Shown in pieces: positions 18,052 to 27,926 of a stretch of 64,000 bases of DNA. The DNA comes from an uncultured Bacteroides sp. (GTDB lineage: Bacteria > Bacteroidota > Bacteroidia > Bacteroidales > Bacteroidaceae). A program made the translations under genes and the position numbers. Where the stretch lies: assembly GCA_964413805.1 (NCBI GenBank), contig CAYPUJ010000002.1, forward strand, positions 2,045 through 66,044, written 5' to 3'. The first letter of the stretch is position 1. The number at the start of each line of letters is the position of its first letter. The notes under the pieces were generated by a model. The model was given only the letters and a program-made list of their open reading frames with translations. It was not told where the DNA came from and searched no databases.

Positions 18052-19629
18052 ATGACGACAGAAGATGTATTGCGGCTCAGAGACCGTGGCGAAGTAAGCA
18101 AGGTACAGTTCAAGGAACGTATCCTGGATAAATATGACATAGGCTGTGAGCTGGTTGCCATGAGCAATTTTCGCGGAGGGCAGCTTGTGGTTGGCATCAA
18201 TGACAAAACAGGGGAATTCAACCCCTTGTCGTATGCCGAAGTGCAGGAAACAACCAACCTGCTCGGCAATATCGCTTCGGAAAATGTTGTTCCAGGCATC
18301 TTGCTCGACATTGATACTGCCGGCGTAGAGGGCGGAAGCGTAGTTGTGGCAACCATCAAAGAGGGGAACAACAAGCCTTACCACGACAACAAAGGCATCG
18401 TCTGGATAAAGAACGGTGCAGACAAGCGCAAGGTGTTTGATAACGCCGAGTTGGCAGAGATGATGTCTGAATGCGGCAGCTTTGCCCCGGACGAAGCTGT
18501 TGTGAAAGATGCGACATTGGACGATTTGGATGAAAATACGCTCAAGGTATTCCTGCAAAACCGCTTTTCAATCGCATTGGAAAAGAAAGGGATTGTGGGT
18601 GACGTACTCCGCGAGGCTTCTCCTGATGACATATCCAACGCCATAGCCAAGGGGCACAATCTGAACAAGCTGATGCGCAATCTGCGCTTTATCCGTCCGG
18701 ACGGAAGCCTGACGGTAGCCGCCATGCTGTTGTTTGGCAAATACACCCAGCGTTGGTTGCCGGTGATGACGGCCAAATGTATCTGCTTTGTCGGGAACAA
18801 TGCAGGCGGCAAGCAATTCCGGGACAAAGTGAATGATGCAGATATGGAAGGCAATCTGTTGCATCAGTTTGAAACCATCATGTCTTTCTTTACCCGCAAT
18901 CTTAAAAACGTACAGGTAGAGGAAGATTTCAATTCGATGGGCAAACTTGAAATTCCATACGGCAGTCTGGTTGAGTTTGTGGTCAATGCACTCGTTCATC
19001 GTTCACTCAACTGGAATGCACCCATCCGTATCTTCATCTTTGACAACCGCGTTGAGATACATAGTCCCGGCATATTGCCGAATGGCCTACAGGTGGAAGA
19101 CATCACCAACGGCACCTCCATGCCCCGCAACAATTTCCTTTTCAGCAATGCCATTTATCTCCTGCCCTATACCGGAGCAGGCACGGGCATCCAGCGTGCT
19201 TTGGAAGACGGGTTGCAGGTAGAGTTCAAGAATGATGAGAGGACGCATGAATTTCTGATTACGATAGCGAGAAGGGAAGACTTAGACACCGACTCTGACA
19301 CTGACTTAGATACTGTTCGGGCAGACTCTGGCACTGACTTAGACACTGTCAGGGCGAACTCTGACACTGACTTAGACACAATCCGGGCAAACTTTGACAC
19401 TGACTTAGACACTACTCCTCAACGAAGGAAATTAACTAATAAGGAAAAGGATATCATTCAATTCTGTAGCATACCAAGAAGTGCTAAAGAAATTTTAGAT
19501 CGTGTAGGAGTTTCCTCGCATACTAAAAACAGAGAAAAATATGTAACCTCTTTGGTAGAAGCCGGATACTTGGAAATGACAAATCCCGACAATCCTAATG
19601 CCAGTAACCAGAAATACAGAAGAAAATGA
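18052..19629 (+). CDS. Schlafen/AlbA_2 domain + HATPase_c_4 + C-terminal winged-HTH protein
   Basis: GE.SKVQFKE...AMSNFRGGQLVVGIND; EFVVNALVHR, IFIFDNRVEIHSPG, GTGIQR; C-terminal LVEAGYLEMTNPDNPNASNQKYR. Confidence 0.85.
   Translation: MTTEDVLRLRDRGEVSKVQFKERILDKYDIGCELVAMSNFRGGQLVVGINDKTGEFNPLSYAEVQETTNLLGNIASENVVPGILLDIDTAGVEGGSVVVATIKEGNNKPYHDNKGIVWIKNGADKRKVFDNAELAEMMSECGSFAPDEAVVKDATLDDLDENTLKVFLQNRFSIALEKKGIVGDVLREASPDDISNAIAKGHNLNKLMRNLRFIRPDGSLTVAAMLLFGKYTQRWLPVMTAKCICFVGNNAGGKQFRDKVNDADMEGNLLHQFETIMSFFTRNLKNVQVEEDFNSMGKLEIPYGSLVEFVVNALVHRSLNWNAPIRIFIFDNRVEIHSPGILPNGLQVEDITNGTSMPRNNFLFSNAIYLLPYTGAGTGIQRALEDGLQVEFKNDERTHEFLITIARREDLDTDSDTDLDTVRADSGTDLDTVRANSDTDLDTIRANFDTDLDTTPQRRKLTNKEKDIIQFCSIPRSAKEILDRVGVSSHTKNREKYVTSLVEAGYLEMTNPDNPNASNQKYRRK
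19279..19413 (+). repeat. 33-bp coding tandem repeat (about 3.7 units plus a partial unit) encoding (D/N)SDTDLDTVRA
   Basis: Units start at 19291, 19324, 19357 and 19390; core CACTGACTTAGA(C/T)AC. Confidence 0.9.
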
Positions 19630-22181
19630 CCGTAACAGACAAAATATACAATTACTTTGACAAGAATCCGGACTTACGGGTTCTTTTTATCTTCAATGAT
19701 GAGTTCCTTGCCATGGAGCTTGCGGAAGCGACGTGGAAAGAGGGATACCGTTATGTAGATTTCAAAGGGGATTGGTTTACCACAAAGTATAACCTTGATA
19801 CCGCATGGGCAAACGACAAGGTTATTCTTTATTTCCATCAGGAATCGCCGTTGCAGCGGAAGTCATTGCAAGGGAAATTCCCGTTGCTCGACGTATTGAC
19901 GGCAAACATGGAATATCACCACCAGGATTATGTGGCCTATATGCAGCAGTACGGGTTGCCTTCAAACATGGCTCTCTTTGTAGAGAAGAACATCAAGCAG
20001 TTACAGTCAGACAGGATGCTCCGGCTGCTGCAAAGCTACTATGCCGACAGAAGCATCTCGCAAGACATCGCCGTCAGGGCGTTTCTGTCCTCCTACCTGG
20101 GTCAGAACCGTGTATTGGATTGGGACAACATCATACTGAGAGTCTTGTTACTGGGTCGCAACTCGGAACGGAACAAGCAGACGGATTTCTATGTGAAGTT
20201 GAGAAGCGCGGTGATGGTAAAAGACGAATTGAACAAGAAACTGGAAAGCATTTTCGGTTGTAAGATAGATGACAATGCGGAAGCAAAAGTGAAGAAGCTG
20301 GTAGAGACATTCAAATACAATGCCATCGTGCAAAATCTTGCCCCTGTTCCGGCAGACAACTACAAGGGTTACAGGATAACCGATTCTATCGCTTTGCAGC
20401 AAATGAACAGTATTCTGGAGTTAGCCATGAGCCACCCCAAAACGGCAGATGCACTGACTGAAGTGATTGGCGAATCGGGAAAATACATCCGTGATGAAGA
20501 CCTTATCCGATGGTATGGCACGGATGCCAACTATTATTATATTCCCGGCGGGCTTTGCCTGCCCATACTTCGCGGCTTGATGGAGAAAACGATCATGGAA
20601 GCACCGAAGAAAGCGATGGCACGGCTGGAAGAATTGAAGGTAAAGCACAGCGACAATAGCGAGGTAGATGCGGTCATAGATTATGACGTATTGGTAGCCC
20701 GTTATTATGAATGTGCCCTGTCGTCAGGCTCCATCACCTTGAATCAGCCGGACGACTATCTTGCCAAATATCGGGATGAATATTACCTGCCGGATCAACT
20801 GTACCGCCTGTCTGTCGAATGTTTCGGCAAAATAAGCCCTACCATTGCCCTTTACGATACAGTACAGAAAGTGAAGCGCAACTTGGATATGCAATATGCC
20901 AAGTTGTGCAACCGTATCAACTTGGAATGGATGCGCTGTGTGAAAGAGGCAGGCGGAATGAAAGCCGTACACGGACTCAGGCAGCAGGACTTCTATGACA
21001 GCCTGATTAAAGGAATACAGAAAAAAGTGGTGGTTGTCGTGAGCGATGCCCTTCGCTATGAGGTGGCGCAAGAACTTATCGGCGTGTTGGCGGCACGCAA
21101 GCACATCGCCCGTCTGAGCATGGGAATTGCCATGTTACCTACTGAAACGAAGTTCTGCAAACCGGCATTGCTCCCGCATCGCAGCCTGCGGTTGTATGCC
21201 GAAGTGGATGGAACGCAAAACATTGGGGTGGACAATCGGATACTGGACACGTTGGAGAAACGTACCGGGCAAGTGGATGCCTATCGGCAAGGAGCCATCT
21301 GTGTGGATTATGAAACGGTAAGTAAGTATGAACAAGACAAGAACCGCGAGATATTCAAGCATCCGCTGGTGTACGTCATGCACAATACCATTGACAACAA
21401 GAGCCATTCAGCTGTGGCAAAAGACATTGTGGACAGTTGCCGGGATGCCATCAATGAATTGGCGACATTGGTGCACAAGATTCACGAAACCTACAATGTG
21501 ACAGAGGTTTATATCACTTCTGACCACGGCTTCTTGTTCAATGACCAGTCGTTTGAAGACAAGGACAAGCATAAAGTAACCGAAGAAGCATTGGAAAAGA
21601 GTACACGATATTATCTCACACAATCGACGGCGGCGGTGTCCGGCATCGTGAAATTCCCCTTGTCGGAAGTTTCAGGCATGGAAGAAAACGATATTTATGT
21701 AGCTGTACCCGAAGGCACCAACCGCTTGCAAGCACCGTCTGGAGGCTATCGCTTTACGCACGGCGGGGCTTCCTTGCAGGAATTACTGATACCGATTATT
21801 GTCAGCCGTAAAAAACTGGAAGACAGCAAGGCACCTGTTGGTGTAATGGTGCTTGACAGAAATCTTTCCATCCAAGCCTCACGCCTCCGTTTCAAATTGT
21901 TGCAGACCGATGCGGTAAGCATGGAGATGAAAGCCCGGACTATCAAGGTGGCACTCTATCACAATGACATGGCAGTCACCCCGGTCAAGGAATATGTACT
22001 GAATAATACGGATGCCTTGCTTGACAACCGCAAGGTATTGGTTGACCTTACCTTGAATCAAAACATTGATGCCAAGGTATTGCAACTAAGGGTATATGAT
22101 GTAACCGATGACCTGAATCCCTTAATAAAGGAGAATGTGACGAACAATACGCTAATTGGTAATGAATTTGATTTCGATTGA
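19626..22181 (+). CDS. pglZ: BREX phosphatase/nuclease PglZ (type A)
   Basis: VSDALRYEVA, LPTETK, TSDHGF and FTHGGASLQE motifs; 851 aa. Confidence 0.93.
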   Translation: MTVTDKIYNYFDKNPDLRVLFIFNDEFLAMELAEATWKEGYRYVDFKGDWFTTKYNLDTAWANDKVILYFHQESPLQRKSLQGKFPLLDVLTANMEYHHQDYVAYMQQYGLPSNMALFVEKNIKQLQSDRMLRLLQSYYADRSISQDIAVRAFLSSYLGQNRVLDWDNIILRVLLLGRNSERNKQTDFYVKLRSAVMVKDELNKKLESIFGCKIDDNAEAKVKKLVETFKYNAIVQNLAPVPADNYKGYRITDSIALQQMNSILELAMSHPKTADALTEVIGESGKYIRDEDLIRWYGTDANYYYIPGGLCLPILRGLMEKTIMEAPKKAMARLEELKVKHSDNSEVDAVIDYDVLVARYYECALSSGSITLNQPDDYLAKYRDEYYLPDQLYRLSVECFGKISPTIALYDTVQKVKRNLDMQYAKLCNRINLEWMRCVKEAGGMKAVHGLRQQDFYDSLIKGIQKKVVVVVSDALRYEVAQELIGVLAARKHIARLSMGIAMLPTETKFCKPALLPHRSLRLYAEVDGTQNIGVDNRILDTLEKRTGQVDAYRQGAICVDYETVSKYEQDKNREIFKHPLVYVMHNTIDNKSHSAVAKDIVDSCRDAINELATLVHKIHETYNVTEVYITSDHGFLFNDQSFEDKDKHKVTEEALEKSTRYYLTQSTAAVSGIVKFPLSEVSGMEENDIYVAVPEGTNRLQAPSGGYRFTHGGASLQELLIPIIVSRKKLEDSKAPVGVMVLDRNLSIQASRLRFKLLQTDAVSMEMKARTIKVALYHNDMAVTPVKEYVLNNTDALLDNRKVLVDLTLNQNIDAKVLQLRVYDVTDDLNPLIKENVTNNTLIGNEFDFD

Positions 22182-22183
22182 TT

Positions 22184-24283
22184 ATGTATTTGCAGGATAA
22201 AATAATGAATGCCTTTATCGGCAAAGTAGTCCGCAAGGATTTGGCTTTCCTTGTAAAAGGTGGACTGCCTGTTCCTACATACGTGTTGGAATACTTGCTG
22301 GGGCAGTATTGTGCCACTAATGATGAAGAGGTTATAGCGGAAGGCCTGGAGAAAGTGAAAAAAGTCATCCAAAACAACTACGTGCATCGCGCCGATGCCG
22401 AGGCAATCAAAGGAACCATCCGCGAAAAAGGCAAGCACCGCGTCATTGACAAGGTAACGGTGACACTCAATGAAAGGTCGGATGAGTATCAGGCTCATTT
22501 TGCCAATTTAGGTTTGAGCAATGTCCCCATCAGTACGCAATATGTAACATCCAATCCCAAACTGCTTTCAGGCAACGGGGTCTGGTGCATTGTGACCATC
22601 GGATATATTTCCGGAGAAGATGTAAGGGTACGTTGGGAAATCCAGACGCTCAAACCGGTACAAATATCCAATGTGGATGTACAGGAATACATTGACCTTC
22701 GTAAATCTTTCACTACGGAAGAATGGATTGACTTCATGATGCACACTGTCGGTTTAGACCCTGACAAGTTCAACCGGAGAGAGAAATTCATCACGCTGGT
22801 CAGATTACTGCCTCACGTGGAAAACAATTTCAATTTTGTGGAACTCGGACCGAAGGGAACCGGCAAAAGCCATGTCTTTCAAGAATTGTCACCATACGGT
22901 GTGTTGGTGAGCGGCGGCGATGTAACGAGCGCCCGGCTCTTTGTCAAGATGAGCGGCAACAAGGAAATACTTGGTCTGGTCGGTTATTGGGATGTCGTGG
23001 CATGGGATGAGTTCGAGCAGCAAAAAGGCCGCAATGTGGATGCCGTATTGATAGACACCATGCAAAACTATCTTGCCAACAAATCATTCAACCGTGGCAA
23101 AGGTACGCATGAGGCTTCCGCTTCCATGGCATTTGTTGGCAACACCAAACATACGGTGCCTTATATGTTGAAGAACAGCCATCTGTTTGAATCGATCCCT
23201 ACGGCTTTCATCAAAGGTGCTTTCCTTGACCGCATCCATCTTTATAATCCCGGTTGGGAAATCAAAATGCTGAAAAAAGACAGTTTCTCCAAGGGCTATG
23301 GGTTAATCACAGACTACATCGCAGCCATTCTGCATGAGTTACGCAACAACGACCTTACCGGCCTGCTTAAAGAATATGCAAAATTTGACGGTTCTCTTTC
23401 CGAGCGCGACCATTTAGCCATACGCAAGACATTTTCCGGCATGGTGAAACTTCTTTATCCAGACGGGAAGATGACAGACAAAGAAGCCTGCGAACTGATA
23501 GACTTTGCGGCAGAATGTCGCAAGCGTGTAAAAGACCAACTCTACATCATTGACGAAACTTTTAGGGCAGAACCTGCTAAATTTGCATATATCCGTAAGA
23601 CGGATGGTGCGGAAATCCATGTTGAAACATTGGAAAATATAAACTATGGTATGGATGCTGAACAAAATATAGCACAGAACCCTGCTGCACTTTCTGGAGA
23701 TGATGAGAAGAGAAATGACACAGCTATTCATCAAAATGATAAATCTGCTTCCTCACAAAAGGACGTTGAAAACGTAAAGAAGAACCGTCCTCGCATTCCT
23801 GTATTACAGGAAAAGAATCTTTCATTCCGTTTGGGGCAGACAGGAGTCACTTATCAATCCCTTTTTGCCGACTACCTGAAAGATGCGACAGAAATCACAA
23901 TCGAAGACCCATATATCCGTACAAGCTGGCAGATAAAGAACCTGGTGGAATTTATGACCATGCTGATTGATACCCGCAATGTGGATGACCTGAATGTGCA
24001 TTTGATAACCAACGAAGAAGAGAGCAAAATCCCTGAGCTGATAGACAAGCTGGATGACATTAAAGATGATATGATAGAATATGGCATCGAGTTTGATTAC
24101 AAATTCCGGGATTTCCATGACCGTTGCATCAGAACAGATAACGGTTGGGTCATCTCATTAGGCAGAGGATTGGATATCTATGAAAAGTACAGTCCTTATT
24201 CGGTAGCCGCAGTCCGTCCAGGCAAACGCAAATGCAAAGAATTTATGGTAACTTATACGAAAAGCAATCCTGATAACAGATAA
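22184..24283 (+). CDS. brxL: BrxL AAA+ protein with a C-terminal MIT_C/PLD-like domain
   Basis: VPTYVLEYLLGQYC, ELGPKGTGKSH, WDVVAWDE, FLDRIH; C-terminal IEDPYIR...HDRCIRTDNGW.I.LGRGLD. Confidence 0.9.
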   Translation: MYLQDKIMNAFIGKVVRKDLAFLVKGGLPVPTYVLEYLLGQYCATNDEEVIAEGLEKVKKVIQNNYVHRADAEAIKGTIREKGKHRVIDKVTVTLNERSDEYQAHFANLGLSNVPISTQYVTSNPKLLSGNGVWCIVTIGYISGEDVRVRWEIQTLKPVQISNVDVQEYIDLRKSFTTEEWIDFMMHTVGLDPDKFNRREKFITLVRLLPHVENNFNFVELGPKGTGKSHVFQELSPYGVLVSGGDVTSARLFVKMSGNKEILGLVGYWDVVAWDEFEQQKGRNVDAVLIDTMQNYLANKSFNRGKGTHEASASMAFVGNTKHTVPYMLKNSHLFESIPTAFIKGAFLDRIHLYNPGWEIKMLKKDSFSKGYGLITDYIAAILHELRNNDLTGLLKEYAKFDGSLSERDHLAIRKTFSGMVKLLYPDGKMTDKEACELIDFAAECRKRVKDQLYIIDETFRAEPAKFAYIRKTDGAEIHVETLENINYGMDAEQNIAQNPAALSGDDEKRNDTAIHQNDKSASSQKDVENVKKNRPRIPVLQEKNLSFRLGQTGVTYQSLFADYLKDATEITIEDPYIRTSWQIKNLVEFMTMLIDTRNVDDLNVHLITNEEESKIPELIDKLDDIKDDMIEYGIEFDYKFRDFHDRCIRTDNGWVISLGRGLDIYEKYSPYSVAAVRPGKRKCKEFMVTYTKSNPDNR

Positions 24284-24340
24284 AAGCTGCCATGCAAAAA
24301 CTACCCTATAAATCCCCCGAAGTCGGCATGAAACTTATTT

Positions 24341-24600
24341 AAAAAAGAAAGGCGAGGATTTGTTCGCATTCATTCAAGATCGAGCATCGCCAAACGCTTT
24401 GTGAAAAATGAATTAAGAAACAATACCCACGCCATGTGCTATGTAGCGGGGTACAGCACAAGCTGTACCCTATTACATATACAAATAGAATGAGCGTCAC
24501 ATTGTCTCTATCCGTTCACGTTGAAATTGGCGATTTCGATCTTAGGATAAGGCAAAAACGCTTTCTATAATGTCTGCCCGGCCTGGTTACGGTCGGACGC
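24341..24600 (-). ncRNA. Candidate structured RNA downstream of, and convergent with, brxL
   Basis: TATCTTTG -7 box (24603-24610, minus strand), several stems, a U-rich tract at 24341-24350, no credible ORF. Confidence 0.45.
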
Positions 24601-24720
24601 TGCAAAGATACGTTTTTGTTCAAGTGGAACGCGAGCCGTACCTGTATGGAACAAACGGGTTGTATGTATGTGTTTTTTCGGGGGCGGGATGCAGGCATCC
24701 GGCATTCCGCCGGCCGGAGG

Positions 24721-25494
24721 TCAGTAGGACACGGTGGCTTCGATGCCCGCCTCCCTCACCAGTTGCCCGATACGGTCCAGTTCCTCGCGGGTGGCCTTGC
24801 GCAGGCTGTGTTCGGGTGTCTCGCGGTCGATGGTGTAAATCATCACCTGCCGGGGAGCGATTTCCTTCACCGTTTCCAGCCAGGGCAGTACGTAGCGGTC
24901 GGACGTGTTGTCCATGTCATGTCCTTCGTGTTTCCCCTTCAGGAACATGGTCTGCACGATGCAGCGTCCGCCGAAGGCTTTCATGCCCGCCACGATGTCG
25001 GCCACGGCATAGTGCCCCGTGGGACGGTCCAGCAGGCGGATGTAAGCCTCGTCCACGGTGTCCAGCTTCAGGATGTTGTTGTCCACACGGTTCAGGGCAT
25101 CGCGCACGGCCGGACGGTGGATGAGGGTGGCGTTGCTCAGCACGCTCACCCTGGCGTTTGGGAAGTATCGGTCGCGAAGGGCCAGTGTGTCGTCGATGAT
25201 TTCCGGAAAACGGGGGTGCGCGGTGGGTTCTCCGTTGCCGGCAAAGGTCAGCACATCGGGCGCGGGGCCGTCTTTCCGCATGGCCTGCAGGCGGGTTTCG
25301 AGGGCAGCACGCACCTCTTCGCGGGTGGGCAGGGGCAGGTGCGGGCGGCGGTCGCGGTTGAAGCCGCATTCGCAGTAGATGCAGTCGAATGTACACACCT
25401 TTCCGTCGGCAGGCAGGAGGTTGATTCCCAAAGATACTCCCAGGCGGCGGGAATGGACAGGGCCGAAGATGGGAGACGGATAAATGACTGTCAT
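24721..25494 (-). CDS. Radical SAM protein
   Basis: FGPVHSRRLGVSLGINL, CTFDCIYCECG (CxxxCxxC), FAGNGEPT. Confidence 0.9.
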   Translation of the reverse strand: MTVIYPSPIFGPVHSRRLGVSLGINLLPADGKVCTFDCIYCECGFNRDRRPHLPLPTREEVRAALETRLQAMRKDGPAPDVLTFAGNGEPTAHPRFPEIIDDTLALRDRYFPNARVSVLSNATLIHRPAVRDALNRVDNNILKLDTVDEAYIRLLDRPTGHYAVADIVAGMKAFGGRCIVQTMFLKGKHEGHDMDNTSDRYVLPWLETVKEIAPRQVMIYTIDRETPEHSLRKATREELDRIGQLVREAGIEATVSY

Positions 25495-25659
25495 GGCTTT
25501 CCTTTTGAATATGAGGTATGAATATAAAGCATGAAAAACACGTGCAAAGATAGTGCAAAGCGGCAAATGTGGCAAAGGGTGGAGAAAAACTACCCGCAAA
25601 GGACATGGGTATGCCATAAATTGATTACTTTTACGCCCGAAACGCGAGTGTGTGACTTC

Positions 25660-26976
25660 ATGACAGATACGAATATATTCCAGGATAAGACAGCCGTTTA
25701 CTATACGCTGGGCTGCAAGCTGAACTTTTCGGAGACTTCCACCATTGGCAAGACATTGCGCGAAGCCGGTGTGCGCACGGCACGCAAGGGAGAGCGGGCG
25801 GACATCTGTGTGGTGAACACCTGTTCGGTGACCGAGGTGGCCGACAAGAAGTGTCGCCAGGCCATCCACCGCCTTGTCAGGCAGCATCCGGGCGCCTTTG
25901 TGGTGGTGACAGGCTGCTATGCCCAACTGAAGCCGGACGCTGTGGGCAGCATCGAAGGAGTGGACCTTGTGCTGGGTGCCGAACAGAAGAAGGACCTGTT
26001 GCACTATCTGGGAAACCTCCGGAAGCAGGGGGAAAGCCAATCCTATACATCACCCCTGAAGGACATCCGTTCTTTCGCCCCCTCCTGTTCGCGGGGCGAC
26101 CGCACCCGTTTCTTCCTGAAGGTGCAGGACGGTTGCGATTATTTCTGTTCCTACTGCACCATCCCCTTTGCACGGGGGCGCAGCCGGAACGGCAGCATCG
26201 CTTCCCTGGTGGAACAGGCACGCCGGGCTGCCGCCGAGGGCGGAAAGGAGATAGTAATCACGGGCGTGAACATCGGCGACTTCGGCAAGTCCACCGGCGA
26301 AACCTTCTTCGACCTGGTGAAAGCCCTGGACGGGGTGGAAGGCATCGAACGCTACCGCATTTCTTCCATCGAACCCGACCTGCTGACCGACGACATCATT
26401 GACTACGTGGCCCGCTCGCGGCGTTTCATGCCGCACTTCCACATTCCCTTGCAGTCGGGTTGCGATGCCGTGCTGAAGCTGATGAGGCGGCGGTATGACA
26501 CACACCTGTTTGCCGACAAGGTGAAACGGGTGAAGGCGGTGCTGCCCGATGCCTTCATCGGTGTGGATGTCATTGTGGGAACCCGTGGCGAGACAGATGC
26601 GCATTTCGAGGACACCTGTCGCTTCATCCGCGATTTGGATGTCACCCAGCTGCACGTGTTCAGCTATTCGGAGCGTCCGGGCACGCAGGCTCTGAAGATA
26701 GACCACGTGGTGCCGCCCGAAACGAAGCACGCCCGCAGCCGGCGTCTGTTGGATCTTTCGGAAGAAAAGACCCGTTCGTTTTACGCCCGTCACATCGGGC
26801 AGACCCTGCCGGTGCTCTTGGAACGCTCCCGCCCCGGAACGCCCATGCATGGCTTTACGCCCAACTATATCCGGGTGGAAGTGCCCCGTGACGAAACGCT
26901 TGACAACCGGGTGGTGAACCTGAGGCTGACCGGGTTCAACGAAGACGGGACAGCCTTGTGCGGGGAGTTTGGGTGA
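25660..26976 (+). CDS. mtaB: tRNA t6A37 methylthiotransferase MtaB
   Basis: TLGCKLNFSET, NTCSVT, KVQDGCDYFCSYC. Confidence 0.93.
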   Translation: MTDTNIFQDKTAVYYTLGCKLNFSETSTIGKTLREAGVRTARKGERADICVVNTCSVTEVADKKCRQAIHRLVRQHPGAFVVVTGCYAQLKPDAVGSIEGVDLVLGAEQKKDLLHYLGNLRKQGESQSYTSPLKDIRSFAPSCSRGDRTRFFLKVQDGCDYFCSYCTIPFARGRSRNGSIASLVEQARRAAAEGGKEIVITGVNIGDFGKSTGETFFDLVKALDGVEGIERYRISSIEPDLLTDDIIDYVARSRRFMPHFHIPLQSGCDAVLKLMRRRYDTHLFADKVKRVKAVLPDAFIGVDVIVGTRGETDAHFEDTCRFIRDLDVTQLHVFSYSERPGTQALKIDHVVPPETKHARSRRLLDLSEEKTRSFYARHIGQTLPVLLERSRPGTPMHGFTPNYIRVEVPRDETLDNRVVNLRLTGFNEDGTALCGEFG

Positions 26977-27026
26977 GCGGGGAATGTTATTCTGACCGAC
27001 ATTTTTGACTATAAGGAACTACGCCC

Positions 27027-27926
27027 ATGAAATCGAGATTAATCTATTGGCTGACCTATGCTGGTATGTGGCTGTTGGCGTCCTTGCCTTTCAAGGCGCT
27101 GTATTGCCTTTCCGATGTGCTGTATGTGCTGATGCGGCATGTTGTCCGCTACCGGCTCAAGGTGGTGCGCGACAACCTGCGGCGTTCCTTCCCCGAAAAA
27201 TCCGCAGGAGAATTGCGGGAGATAGAAGGCAAGTTCTACCATTATATATGCGACTACATGCTGGAAGACGTGAAAATGCTGCGCATGTCTTTCGGGGAGT
27301 TGACCCGCCGGATGGAGTATGACAACAAAGAAGCCTACCTTTCCATGATGGAGAAGCACGGCGGTGTCGTCTTGCTGATTCCCCATTATGCCAGCTTCGA
27401 GTGGATTACGGGGGTATGTTCGTTCATGCGTCCCGGCGATGTGCCGGTGCAGGTGTACAAGCCCCTTCACAATCCTTATTTGGACGAACTGTTCAAGCAC
27501 ATCCGTTCCCGTTTCGGAGGGTACAACGTGCCCAAGCATTCCACGGCTCGCGAACTGGTGAAGTTGCGGCGGGAAGGGAAACGCATGGGGGTGGGACTGA
27601 TTACCGACCAGTCGCCCAATCCGAACGAGGCACACCATTGGACCACCTTCCTCCACCAGGACACCGTATTCATGGACGGTGGCGAACGCATCGCCAGACT
27701 GATGGACTTCCCGGTCTTCTACTGCGAGTTGCAGCGGTTGGGCAGGGGACATTGCAGGGTGACGTTCGACCTGATAACCGAAACTCCCCGGCAGACAGCC
27801 GACGGGGAAATCACCGAATGTTTTGTCCGTCGCCTGGAAAACACCATCCGACGCAATCCGCCTTACTGGTTCTGGTCGCACAAGCGTTGGAAAATCAAGA
27901 AGAAGGAGGTGGCGAAGCATGGATAA
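27027..27926 (+). CDS. Lipid A biosynthesis / lysophospholipid acyltransferase (LpxL-like)
   Basis: HYASFEW (HxxxxE), LITDQ, YWFWSHKRWK. Confidence 0.85.
   Translation: MKSRLIYWLTYAGMWLLASLPFKALYCLSDVLYVLMRHVVRYRLKVVRDNLRRSFPEKSAGELREIEGKFYHYICDYMLEDVKMLRMSFGELTRRMEYDNKEAYLSMMEKHGGVVLLIPHYASFEWITGVCSFMRPGDVPVQVYKPLHNPYLDELFKHIRSRFGGYNVPKHSTARELVKLRREGKRMGVGLITDQSPNPNEAHHWTTFLHQDTVFMDGGERIARLMDFPVFYCELQRLGRGHCRVTFDLITETPRQTADGEITECFVRRLENTIRRNPPYWFWSHKRWKIKKKEVAKHG

Noticed and set aside
4820-24615. GCAAAG(T/A)TAC at both ends of the accessory region as attL/attR
   Set aside because: Both are simply minus-strand TAnnTTTG promoter boxes; no longer direct repeat or integrase was seen, so island boundaries remain undefined.
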